Shown: in pieces, positions 52,891-64,000 of the stretch | How the letters are laid out: every line of letters begins with the position of its first letter | Numbering within the stretch: position 1 is the stretch's first letter | DNA from: Nageia nagi | Taxonomy: Eukaryota > Plantae > Pinophyta | DNA: 64,000 bases | NCBI GenBank assembly: GCA_050084985.1 | Contig: JBITNC010000001.1 | Location: forward strand, 87,730,001-87,794,000 | Direction of reading: 5' to 3' | Notes under the pieces: generated by a model | What the model saw: the letters and a program-made list of their open reading frames with translations, nothing else | Databases searched by the model: none | Told to the model about the DNA's origin: nothing | Position numbers and translations under genes: made by a program

Positions 52891-55800
52891 TGTCACAATC
52901 CACCTCAAGACACTGTTTGACCTCAAGTATCATCAAGGATTTGAATAGATTATGTTTGAATATTTCTATGATAATGATAAGTTTGATAAGGGAATATGTA
53001 TCATTTATGATAATTTGATGCTAGCTTTGAATGTTTTGACACAGGTCACCTCAAGATGGAGAAGTGATCTAAAGACCCTAAATATCAAAGGTGAATTGGT
53101 GATGGGAACATAAGGATAAGAGGAGGAAATGATTGACATTGAATCGTTGACACACCCTATGATTATTGTAAATCATGTAGATACATGTAGGATAATTGAT
53201 ATGATTATCAATTGCTTAATGAAAATATATTTGCAAAAATGTGTGGATTAACCTTAACCATCGCAAGTAAAGATGTGTTTTCTTTTATTTAATATTTTTG
53301 AAATTCAAATTTTGAAATGGAAGGAAAAGGGGGATATACATTATTTAAATCTAAAAATTTATATAAGGTTAGAAACATAAATTTAATGGGGTAAAATTTG
53401 AATATGAGTGTCTATATTATTTCCACATAGGGCTAATAGTAAAAATACTATTAGAAAAAGATTAAGGTCTCTTTTGTTAGGTGTGAATAATAGTTGGTAC
53501 TAATTTGTCAGTTAATATAAAAGGCTCTAAGGTATTTAATACCATTTCAATCATCAACAAATTTAAACAAACCTACCCCAAAAATTATTAAAGGTATGAG
53601 GAGATGTCCATTTGGACACACTTGAACCTCTTTACCTATAAATAAAGGAGTAGAATAGTAGAGAAATACCTACATATCTATCTTTTATTATTTCATTCTT
53701 GTTATTCTTAAGCTTGGTGTAGAGTTACATGAAAAAAAGAAATCTCTCTTTCCTCTTCAAGTCAAGGTACATTTGTTTACATTTTTTTTTCCTAATTAAG
53801 GTAGTTCTATTTTGAGATATTTAATATGATATTTATCATAATGTTTGGTAAAGCTTCATAGAATTAGTTATTATTAGAAGTATTGAACCATTTGAAGAGA
53901 CATAGTGGTTATTTTATTTAAAGGTTGTTACCATGTCTTTTTCTTTAAAAAATAAAGAAGTGAGATTTTCTTTTGTTATTCTCTCTTTATTTAGATGTAG
54001 AAGTGGAAAATTTCATGTATAAATTATATTATGTGTTTTATGATATTTTAAGAAGACTAGTCATATATTTTTCCTTATGCTTTTAGCTAGAATTTAATGA
54101 ATTTATTTTGACATAAATTTTATTAAATTCCTAATATGATATTTATTATAATGTTTGATAAATTTTCATATAATTAATTATTATTATAAATGTTGTACCA
54201 TTTGAAGAGATATAGTAGTTATTTTATTTAAAGGTTAGTACCATATCTTTTTCTTTAAAAAGTAAAGGAGTGGTATTTTCTTTTGTTATTCTCCCTTCAT
54301 TTAGATGTAGGGGTGGAAAATTTCACGTACAAATTGTATTATGATATTTTAAAGAGACTAGTCAAATATTTCTGCTTATGCCTTTAGCTAGAATTTAATA
54401 AATTTATTTTGACATAAATTTTATTAAATTCCTAATATAATGTTTATTATAATATTTGATAAAGTTTCATATAATTAATTGTTATTAGAACTATTGTACC
54501 ATTTGAAGAAACATAGTGGTTATTTTATTTAAAGGTTGGTAACATGTCTTTTTCTTTAAAAGTAAAGGAGTGGAATTTTTTTTTATTATTATCCCTTTAT
54601 TTAGATGTAGGGGTGGAAAATTTCATGTATAAATTGTATTATAATATTTTAAAGAGACTAGTCAAATATTTCTCCTTATGCCTTTTGCTAGAGTTTAATA
54701 AATTTATTTTGACATGAATTTTATTAAAATCTTCATATAATATTTATCATCTTAGCAAAAAAATATTATCAAATTCATGTGAAAGTAGAGAAAGATAAAT
54801 TAATAAAAATATGTTTGTTTATTATTATTTAAGTTTGTCAATTAAACTAATTAGTATCTAATGGGATGATAAGTTATGTTTAATATTTTTAATAAGTAAT
54901 TCAAGAACTCTTTAGAATCTTGTATTAAATAAACTATGATTTTGAGATTATGATTATTGTATAATGTTTAGTAAAATAATTCATATGGTAATAATTACAT
55001 AAATTAATTATTAAGGTATCCAAGACCTTATTGTGAATAATTTTATTATTTAAGATGGATTAATTATAGGGTATATAAATGATGGATTAATTTACATTGA
55101 CCAAGGAAAGGAGATAATTTCTTATGAGGTTTATAGTTAAATTCATTTGCATTATGGTCAAATTTTAAAAGGGTTTTCCAGATCCTCCTCCCTCCTAGTA
55201 CTCGATTTACCTAACAAGCTTCAAGGAGATGTTTTATGCTCATTGTATAAAGATTGATGGAGATGTTCAATAGTTGATACAACTATCAAAACCATATGAC
55301 ATAAATAAATTTGAATTACAAACTCATTGAATATGAAATAGTATGACTTAACAAAAAGATCCCATTAGTGATTAAATGGGTAGTATTATATTTGAACTAC
55401 CTTTATATAATGATCATTTTTAATTGTAATAAATTATGAAATCTTCAAAGTTTATAGAAGTAAATTTCATTCATAAGTTTCATAGATGGATTATATTAGG
55501 TATTAATTAATGAATCTTGTATATTACTTTTTATTTATATAATTTTTATAAAAATACTAGTATTGTGATTTAATGAGCTTTCTTTTAATTATGGCTATCA
55601 AATACTACAACTAGTATTGATTATATGGATTACTAGAAGTAAAAATTACTATTTCTTTCATGAAAATGATTAATGGGTATTACAAATTAACAAAGTAAAT
55701 AATTTTATCAAAACTTATAAAGAAATAGATTGATTAGAATATAATCCTAATTTAGAATTAGGATTTCAAAAGATAATTTAGAAGCATTTGGGATATTCTA

Positions 55801-56923
55801 GGGACTCTTGGGATCAAATTGGGTACAAATGGGATCCAATAGAATTAAATACGATTATTTGGGATCCTTTAGGATGAATGCAAAAAAATGGCAAAGAACC
55901 TTTGCCAAATTGACCTACCTTGTTAAATCATAAATAAAAGGAATATTTCTTATGAGGAACCCTCAATGCTGCATTACTTTTGTAGCAATAATGGCTAGTT
56001 CTTTTCTCATGACTTGCTACTTTATGTATGCAAGAGAACTTTTAAAAAGTAGGCCCATATATGTGATACAATGCATATGGGACAAATAGAATTAAGAGAC
56101 TTCTTAAGCAAGCCTATAATCAAAACTTCTGAATGTACAACTAATGGAAAAAGATGAATGATGTTAAACTCTAAGTCTTATTTGTGTATAATGTCTTACA
56201 CTATCTTCACTATTTGGAAATATTAGTTTATGGTTAGTAGGACATGGGTGCTTCTTTTTATCAACACATTTAATAATAAATTTTTAATATCCATGACTCC
56301 CTAAGTTATGGACATAGGAATGCCAGACCACATGGTGAACCTAGCTGATAGTTATGGGAAGGCTAGTGACTCATATCCTAGAGTTAGGTGTGGATAGAAA
56401 TCATAAAAACTATTATTACTAGGTGAGGATAACTAGTAGTCATACCACTTGTAGTTAGTAGATAAGGGTATGATAATTGTTCCATAGGTAATATTACCTT
56501 CTCATATGGAATTTTACCTAGGATAAACTATCTACTCCTATGAGATGAAGAGTTATCATCAAGTGGAAATGCTAACTTAGTGGAAGTGCGATCTCTCAAG
56601 AGGTATGGGCCCCAAGTAGAAAACCACTATGCTATGACCAAAAAGCCTATTGTACATGAGACATGGAATAGGAATGACGAGTTTACATTTAAGGAATCTT
56701 TTGAATAAGATAAGTGTTGAGTAGTGAACACCAAAAAAGTTTATCATGGTTGATTACCCTAGGTTCTTGACCAATCTTACCATGTGAGCACTAAACTAGT
56801 TAGAAGCATTACCAAGCTCATGTGGGATCACCTGGTCCATTTCTAGAATATTGAGTGTTAAACTAAATAAAAAAAAATTAGGTCTAAATTTTAGGTTTTG
56901 TTTGATGGAAATAAGTGGAAACA
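52891..56923 (+). mobile_element. Solo LTR (4033 bp) with perfect 5-bp TSD
   Basis: TAGAG|TGTCACAATCC...GTGGAAACA|TAGAG. The empty site is visible in the 5' LTR (TTAGAGTTTG, ~27508). TATAAATA at 53637. No coding content. Confidence 0.92.
53822..54750 (+). repeat. Tandem repeat, ~301-310 bp x3 plus a partial unit, inside the solo LTR
   Basis: Units start at ~53822, 54132 and 54433 and share CCATTTGAAGA...TTTAGATGTAG...GTGGAAAATTTCA...AGACTAGTCA. Confidence 0.92.
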
Positions 56924-59900
56924 TAGAGTTTGGAAATAATTATTTCCATGAATGGGAAGATAATTTAGTGGAAAATAGTTCCAATCCATATGTACCATTA
57001 TGTTGTTATTATTACATAATTTGTAAACTATATGCTAAAGGTGTGGAGTATCCTAGTATACCAAGACTTACTAGGGTTTATAGTAAGAAAAATAATTTCC
57101 TAAATATTATAGAAACTATGTTGCATGGTTTGTAACTTGTAGCTAATTAGATAAAATTATTTTTTGATAAGGATTGTTATTTTTATGATTCATAAGGTTT
57201 TTCCTTAAAATATATATGATAGGGAAGAAGAAACTATGCTTGAAATTGTAAACCATACCTATATAAAGTTATTTTCTATTTCAAAGGAATGAATACCTTA
57301 CTAAAGTTTGATTAAGGATATGAATGCTTTCAATAAAATAATTTCTAAATTTTATCATCCTTGAAGTAACTTTGAAAATATAATACACTTACCCAAAATA
57401 TAAATCCATAAGATAGAACCATATTGAACTTGTCAATATAAGAAAACTATGAATACATATTTTTGACCAAGTTTGTTGATCATATTAAAACCAAAATAAT
57501 ATTTGTAGATAAAGTTGTAGTTAAATATTTAGCAAAAATTTCATGAGTTTTAAGGTTTTATAGACATGGTAGAACCCTTAAGCTAATATTATTTATATGA
57601 ATAGATAAAAAAATCCATTCTAGAATTTAGAAAACTAAATAAGAAATGTATGTAGAATCCCAAAAGCAAAGAGCTAATGGGAATTGCACTAGAACCACAT
57701 CATTGCATATATAAACATGGATATTTGGTCATAAACACATAATACATATGGGATATCTTGGATTATAATATGAAACTATAATTATAGGTACATATTGTAT
57801 GAATAAGAGAGGATTGCCTCTTGCATCATAAGTTGTATACTACCATTCTATAAAATTAAGTATGGTAAAATATCATAAAAGATTATTCTTTACAAAATGA
57901 AGATGATATATTTTTATTATTGGGCTAATATTGTATTAATAAAAAAAATGTGAAGTTTATAAGGAACTTCACAAACCTTTTACAATAGGATGCTACTTGA
58001 AACTAGTCTTGCATGTAAAAATAGACCCCATCACAAGACCAATATCTTACCATTTTCAACATGAGTGATTTTCTTTTGACCATCTCTTGATTGGTCTACA
58101 ATTCATTCTAAAACTTGTCTAGCTATTTGTGCTATATTAGAGAAGGACTCTATTTGTTCTACCAAGCCCTATTTCTCTGTATTCAACTTCTCTATTGCTA
58201 ATTTCTTACCTATTTTTATGATAAGCTCCTAGAAGAATCCTTGTTCCTAGATGAGGATATTTTTGTATTTCCCATTGTTCTTATTTTCCTTACTTGGCTT
58301 TTAGTTCTCTCTAAAATTGCTTATTCTTCATTAGCTAAAGATTCTCTACTTTCTTATTGGATACTTACATATTGATCCTTAAATTCCTCCCCAACTGCTA
58401 AATCATCTTCCCAACTAGATTCTTATTCATGAAGGAATAACCTTCATCTTGGTTTAAGTATACTTCTCTTACATTCTACAATTCCCTACTTTTCCTATAT
58501 TTCTTGAGTCTTCTAGGGTCTAGGATCTAAAATCTTCCCTCACTCAATCAATTTGGGTCTTATCTCTTTGGCCAAGACTTTTGGTTCCCTCTCTTCTTGA
58601 AGAGGGATATCTAATTTTTTGTTGACACAAGATACTATTTATTATTCCTTTTTCCCTTACTCCTATCACCATTCAATCCCCGTTTGGCACTAAAGGTCAA
58701 CAGGATTCCCTCTACATTCACTTGTTTTTCTATGAAGTTCATAAAATGAATATGATGCATGCATGTTTTCTTATTGACTGTAATATGTTGAACATGATAA
58801 AAAAAATTTATGATGCATGGACTAATTCCAAGAGCTTTGGGGGTGGTGGGAATGAATTTGAGGTAATGATGATCTAGTTCATCCTATTGGTAGAAGGCTA
58901 ATAGGTGGTCGTGGAAATGATCTTATTCCACCATTAAGCCTACAAAATTCCTAGGATTATTTTATTTATGTTAATGAATTAATTTGTATCTTATTTTAGT
59001 AGGAATTATGATTTTGTATTTTTTATAAGGATTAATTTTCTATGGATAATATTTCTTTTAGGATGATAGATAACTCATATGGGGGGTCCACCTATAGGAT
59101 TGGGATAGTTATGTAGACTTTTGCTAGTAAGGTTTTTAGACTGTATAAATATTTAGTTGAATATACTTGTTTTGATTATTTGATTATAGTGATTGATAAA
59201 GGATATGCACTTCAATTAATCGATGATTTTGTGATATAGACATAGTATTTCCAAAAGTTGTTAAATTTTTGAAAGCCAATAATGGTGTTATAAACTTATG
59301 CTATGAAATTTTTCTTTACTCATTTATAGTTTATGGAATAATATTATGAATACTTAGTTATATTGTTATTATGAGCATTTAATGATTTTTGGTTGAATGA
59401 ATTTTTTAAAAAAATTAAATGTGGATATGAATGATTTTGTTAAATAATATTTTGCAAAATTGTTGCAATATTTGATACTTGGTTATGATGAAACATAAGA
59501 AATTGTTACTAAAACAATATGATGTATATTGTTATTATTAAAACATATGGATACATTCTTGCAAATCATTATTTATTTTTCATAAATGAAAAACAAACAT
59601 AATGCATGAATTTTTATATAAATTAAGGATGTCACATATTCAATATCTGGTGCTTCTTGTATGCAAACATAAATAGCACAAAGCTACAATAGACAATGGT
59701 AGTGAGCTCATTGCTACTCTATCAGATAACTATATAATAAAGAGACCATAAGGGAAATTTTATTTGAAATAAAATGATAAATTACTAATGCACCACTTTG
59801 CATATTAGAACTCAACATAAATGTGATAATTAAAAATATGTAACAAAATGGTCAAATTATTTTATAAATTGATAATGAAAGTTGTACACATTACAAAGCA

Positions 59901-61004
59901 TAATATTGCTAACTTTAAATAAGTTTTAAGATAATTCTTACTAAGTTAAAATAATTCAATTTGGAAAATATTCTTATTGTTAAGTAAAATAAATTTTGTA
60001 TGGCTATAATTTTTCTTTCCATGTTTTACCATTGTAAGGTTTGTAGTGTTACTCTAGCATGAATGTAGTCCTTATGATACCTTCTCATGGTTAGATATAC
60101 TAATTGAAAACCATACCCTCATTTGATAGAAATAAATTCTTCCCAAACATTATGAAGTTTAGTTATGGATTATGATGTTTCATGTCCATTAGGAATGTTG
60201 GTTACAGTCAATTATTTGTTGAATGTAATCATAAAGACTAGGACCTCTTTGAAAAAATGTGAAGCATTGAGAGTGAAAAATAAACTATATCACAAAAGAA
60301 TAAAAAATTAATTCTTACATCTCAAAAACATAAGGTAAACATGAATAGTACCCCAATATTATATTTTAGAGAGTACATATGTCCACCTTCTTGTTGAACA
60401 TCCAAACAAATTATATAGTTCTTGCATTTTGAAAACCATAGGGTAAATTCCTAAAATTCAATAGCTTGAATGGTTAGGGTCTTACCATATTATATTAATA
60501 AAGCATAAGATTAATATCATGCAACCACTCTATAATGAACTTCACTTACTTTAGATAATTGCTCTAGTAATACTATGAGGAGTTATTTGTAAGGCAAAAA
60601 ACATACAACACTCCAGTAAGGTCACTAAGAGAAGGGGCCTTTATAATGGATGGATCTTTGTAAGGTTATAAGGGACTAAACTTTAACAAGTTACAATAGG
60701 GATATTTATAAAGATATACCTCTGGTAAGGTGTAATGGATCCTTTGCAAATATATGGATTCTTCTTAACCAAGTAATTAATTAAAAATAAATATTATCCA
60801 AATTACCTTTGGTAGGGTGAGGAGGGGTCCTTGTAAGGTGAAAAGTGAGAGATGCTCTAAGAGAAAGTGCACTTATAAGGAGATATCATACAATCTATTA
60901 AGGTTGAAGCATAGTGGTTGACTATAGCAACCCATACTATGTGATCAATTGCTATCTTTATGCATGTTAATCTATATGAGACAAAATGTGTTTTAGGTGA
61001 TTAA

Positions 61005-61400
61005 AAATGAAACTAAGAAACCTTTCCAAAGGAGAAAAAACTAGGGATTTAGAGCTTAGGAATAGAAACATTCATCTTAAACAAAAGAGACAAGAAGAAA
61101 AGAAAGAAATCAAACACCTAATATATTTTATTATGTTTATGTGGGTCCATAATTTGCATGTAAGTATCCATAAAAAGTTTATCAAAGTAATAAAGAAGAA
61201 GAAGAACCACATCAAATTTATGCTTCTATAAGGAAAAATAATTTGGATGGAAAAGTAAATTATTTAATGAAAATATAAATGTTTTAATTGATTATGAAAC
61301 TAAACATAATGTTATTTCTACTAGCATTATTTCTACTTGGATTTTTAACATAAGGGTGGAAAGTTAAGTACTACTATTATCAAACCTATTTAGTTAGTTA
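61005..61400 (+). pseudogene. Chromovirus-type gag zinc knuckle / protease relic
   Basis: PHQIYASI (~61207) resembles the Tekay linker at ~47268. VLIDYETKHNVIS (61281) is a decayed VLIDSGATHNFIS. Confidence 0.55.
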
Positions 61401-61605
61401 ATTCTTATTCAATCCAAAATTACCCTACCTAACAAATCAATTACGTGTTAGTAATATGCAATACCTATGGATCCCTAATTAATTTAAAAGAAAGGTACAT
61501 ATTGATTTCCAACCCCATCTACTATCATCCATGCAACTTAAAAGGGTATTGAAAAGGATATGGATATGATATATCATATTAATTGAATTTTATATATTTA
61601 ATAAT

Positions 61606-61618
61606 AATATATATATTA

Positions 61619-61650
<32 letters not shown>
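61606..61650. repeat. (AT)n microsatellite
   Basis: Perfect (AT)15 at 61621-61650 with an imperfect left extension. Confidence 0.95.
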
Positions 61651-61653
<3 letters not shown>

Positions 61654-64000
61654 CATGTTTTGGGTATTATATTGAATTCTTGTATTAATATAAATGCCCC
61701 CTTTATTTCAAATTTATTGTGTTACTCATTATTAATTATTCTTATTTCAAATATTCTAATTTTTATTTTATCACTATAAATTCTCTTCTCATTTTTTGGT
61801 AAGAACCCTAATGATTTTTGTAAGTAATTCATATAACATCAATCAATAGTTTCATTGTTAGGACACCTAAAAATAGAGAAATAGAATTTCCACGGAATGT
61901 TAAATTGAATATACTAAAGAGTGCCTTTTAGACAATAAAAGAGATTTATTAAAATTTGGTTCTACTAATAATCATACAAATTATACAAGTGTGTGGCACA
62001 CTAAATCAAATTCAGTAAAAACAAGATAAAAGAAATCATTTTAGGGGACAAAAGTTATAAATAGCTCTAGGTAGAATTTCTAAGCCTTTTTTACCATTGG
62101 CTTATTAGGTAGCATGAATTTTCTACTAAAGTTGAAATTATTAACATAAAGTGGAATAAATACAAACTAATTCACCTAATTATATCTAAACAAGATTGGG
62201 CTAAAAAGGTTGATGACTATATACAGAATACCCTAGACGGTTATACTACTAAATTTGCTTTATAGGATTGGATATCTTGGGATATGGGAAAGGATGTATT
62301 ATTTAGAGGACCTCAAAAAATCTTCTTGGAAAACTTATCTCAATTTTGTAAATGATTTTTGATTAAGCAGGGAGCATCCCATGATGCTCTCTTTTACCTC
62401 TACAAAGGGAGGAAGCACTAGGGGTAAGGAGAGAATCCTAGAGAATAGAGACTAATTAAGTATTAAAAAAGTGTGTGTAAAACTAGGTGGAACAAAGAGA
62501 CATGATGTTTCAAAGAATAACTAATAAATTGAAGAAATGATAGAGGGGAAAATAAAATAAGTAGAGTAAAATAGGAGAAGACATTTCAGAAGTAGAGATG
62601 GTGAAAAGTAAAGAAAAGAAGAGGGAAGAGATAAATGAGATGAGGAGGAGAGAAAAAGAAAGAGATAAAAATAATTAAATGATAGAACTTATTATGAGAC
62701 CAATGAATTTTAGAAAAAGTAAAATAAATAGTTTTTAAATTGAAATGTTAAAGATGGAGATAGAGAACCATTGGTAGAAGAAGAAATTTCCATAATGTTG
62801 GATGACTCAACTTGGGAAGTTATCAAAGAAGGAAGAAATGAATTTGCAAGAGAAGAAGAGGTTAAAGAGGAAGAAGAAACTATAGGGAAAATAATCCAAG
62901 ATAAGGGATAAGTAGAAGGAAAAAGCATCCAAATTTAGAAGGGTAATGAAATAGAGAAAAGTGTTGAGTATATCTTTGGACCATTCATGACCTCACCAAT
63001 TATACCATATCATGTCATGTTAACACCAATATAAGTAGATCATACTAAATAAATCCTAGAAGATAATATAATATGTGAAAAGGAATAAGAATGGAATACT
63101 CAATATGGGGTAGACTTGATAGAAATCCAAGATTTAGAAAATGAAGAGTTGGGGATAGGAGTGGGAGGAAGTGAACTAGGTAGGAGCTTTGGTAAGATGC
63201 CTTTCATTACCCCTAATAGAAATTATATAAATATGATAGTTCAATAAAATAAGGAATTTTATAGCTCATATAGTGAATGTGGTAGGACCAATCAAGAAAA
63301 AGAAGCTTATTAAATCCTAAAAGAAACTTTAGAGAAAGTTAGATCTAGAACTCCAAGAGAATAAATGGTAAACTTATTTTTGAAATAATGGTACAAAAGT
63401 ATACTAATTCCATTACATATAACACTATAAAATAAATTATACCTAAAGAAAGTGAAGGAATGGTAGCGACCAAACCAAATCAAGATCCTCAATTATCATT
63501 AAAACAAAAAGGATAAGAGGAAGGGCTTAAGTAATAATTATAAATAGGAATAGAACAAGAAAATAGAGAAGAAGATAATGAAGAAGAAATATAACATGTA
63601 CCATAGTTAGAAATAGACCACGATGATGTAGAGAAAAAGGAAAACAATATGGTAAATAAGTTGTTGAAAGTAAGAGTATATAACAATTAAGAAAACCCTT
63701 CATCCAATCCAAAATCATTAGATGAATGTGAAACCTCTCCTTAGAAACAAAAATGAGACCTTAAGAAGAAACTAATATGGAAAAATAAGAAGCTAAAAAT
63801 ATTTTAGAATCAAAAAATGAATTTAACAACCAAACACCAAAAATGAACATCCTAGAATCATGATAAAGATGATATTCAAAGTCCCTAGATCCACATCTAC
63901 AAATTAATGAAATTAAAGATATTACTTTGATGAATTAACCAAATAAATAACTCAATCCTCCATATATTCATGGACTCTCCCCACCCTTAAAATAGTTTGA

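Larger units (their letters stand above)
25228..61003 (+). mobile_element. Tekay/Del-like chromovirus (Ty3/gypsy), full structure with nested insertions in both LTRs
   Basis: Colinear multi-kb direct repeats start at 25228 and 50629, with PBS at 46089, gag-PR-RT-RH-INT-chromodomain and PPT at 50615-50628. The last ~20 bp of the 3' LTR and the TSD are not recognisable. Confidence 0.9.
50629..61003 (+). repeat. Tekay 3' LTR, interrupted by a solo LTR and a ~0.9-kb non-matching segment
   Basis: TATCATAACCC (TG>TA) follows the PPT TTAGTGGGGTAGTA. Colinear with the 5' LTR outside 52891-56928 and ~57910-58810. Confidence 0.88.

Noticed and set aside
24552-61400. Gag relics on either side of the Tekay as two halves of one interrupted element
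   Set aside because: No TSD is recoverable, the 3' LTR end is missing, and both sides may contain a zinc-knuckle trace. Continuity cannot be shown.
61856-61880. TGTTAGGACACCTAAAAAT as the start of another Tat-type LTR
   Set aside because: It resembles the 2346 LTR start, but there is no preceding PPT and no TATA/decamer module or matching CA end with PBS.
13076-63718. Minus-strand ORFs (for example 13076-13333, 17834-18094, 36072-36323, 49637-49840, 62710-62928)
   Set aside because: They are antisense shadows of purine-rich + strand coding relics, with Phe/Ser/Leu-rich translations and no domains.

Overview
This AT-rich, strongly CpG-depleted eukaryotic DNA consists almost entirely of old, pseudogenised, nested transposable elements. 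I see no host gene, RNA gene or CRISPR array, and no element retains intact ORFs. The element mix (Tat/Ogre-type and Tekay-type Ty3/gypsy, Ty1/copia, plant L1 with DUF4283, CACTA, Mutator-like, and a GIY-YIG Penelope-like remnant) points to a large plant genome, most plausibly a conifer (inference). Layout: (1) 1-21.4 kb holds Tat-type LTR pieces, a copia relic and a deleted L1 fused to a Tat gag-pol. (2) 21.4-22.0 kb is a Penelope/Dryad-like RT-end plus GIY-YIG relic. (3) 22.2-24.5 kb holds two inverted Mutator-like elements with abutting target sites, 21-bp arrays and a ~290-bp fold-back, splitting an old gag. (4) 25.2-61.0 kb is one Tekay-like chromovirus with ~5.6-kb LTRs. Its 5' LTR hosts a copia that itself hosts a CACTA and a second copia, and its 3' LTR hosts a 4-kb solo LTR. 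I found no convincing wholly new biological system. The best leads are the twin Mutator-like palindrome, the Penelope-like relic and a conserved LTR decamer. All alignments and identities are by eye.
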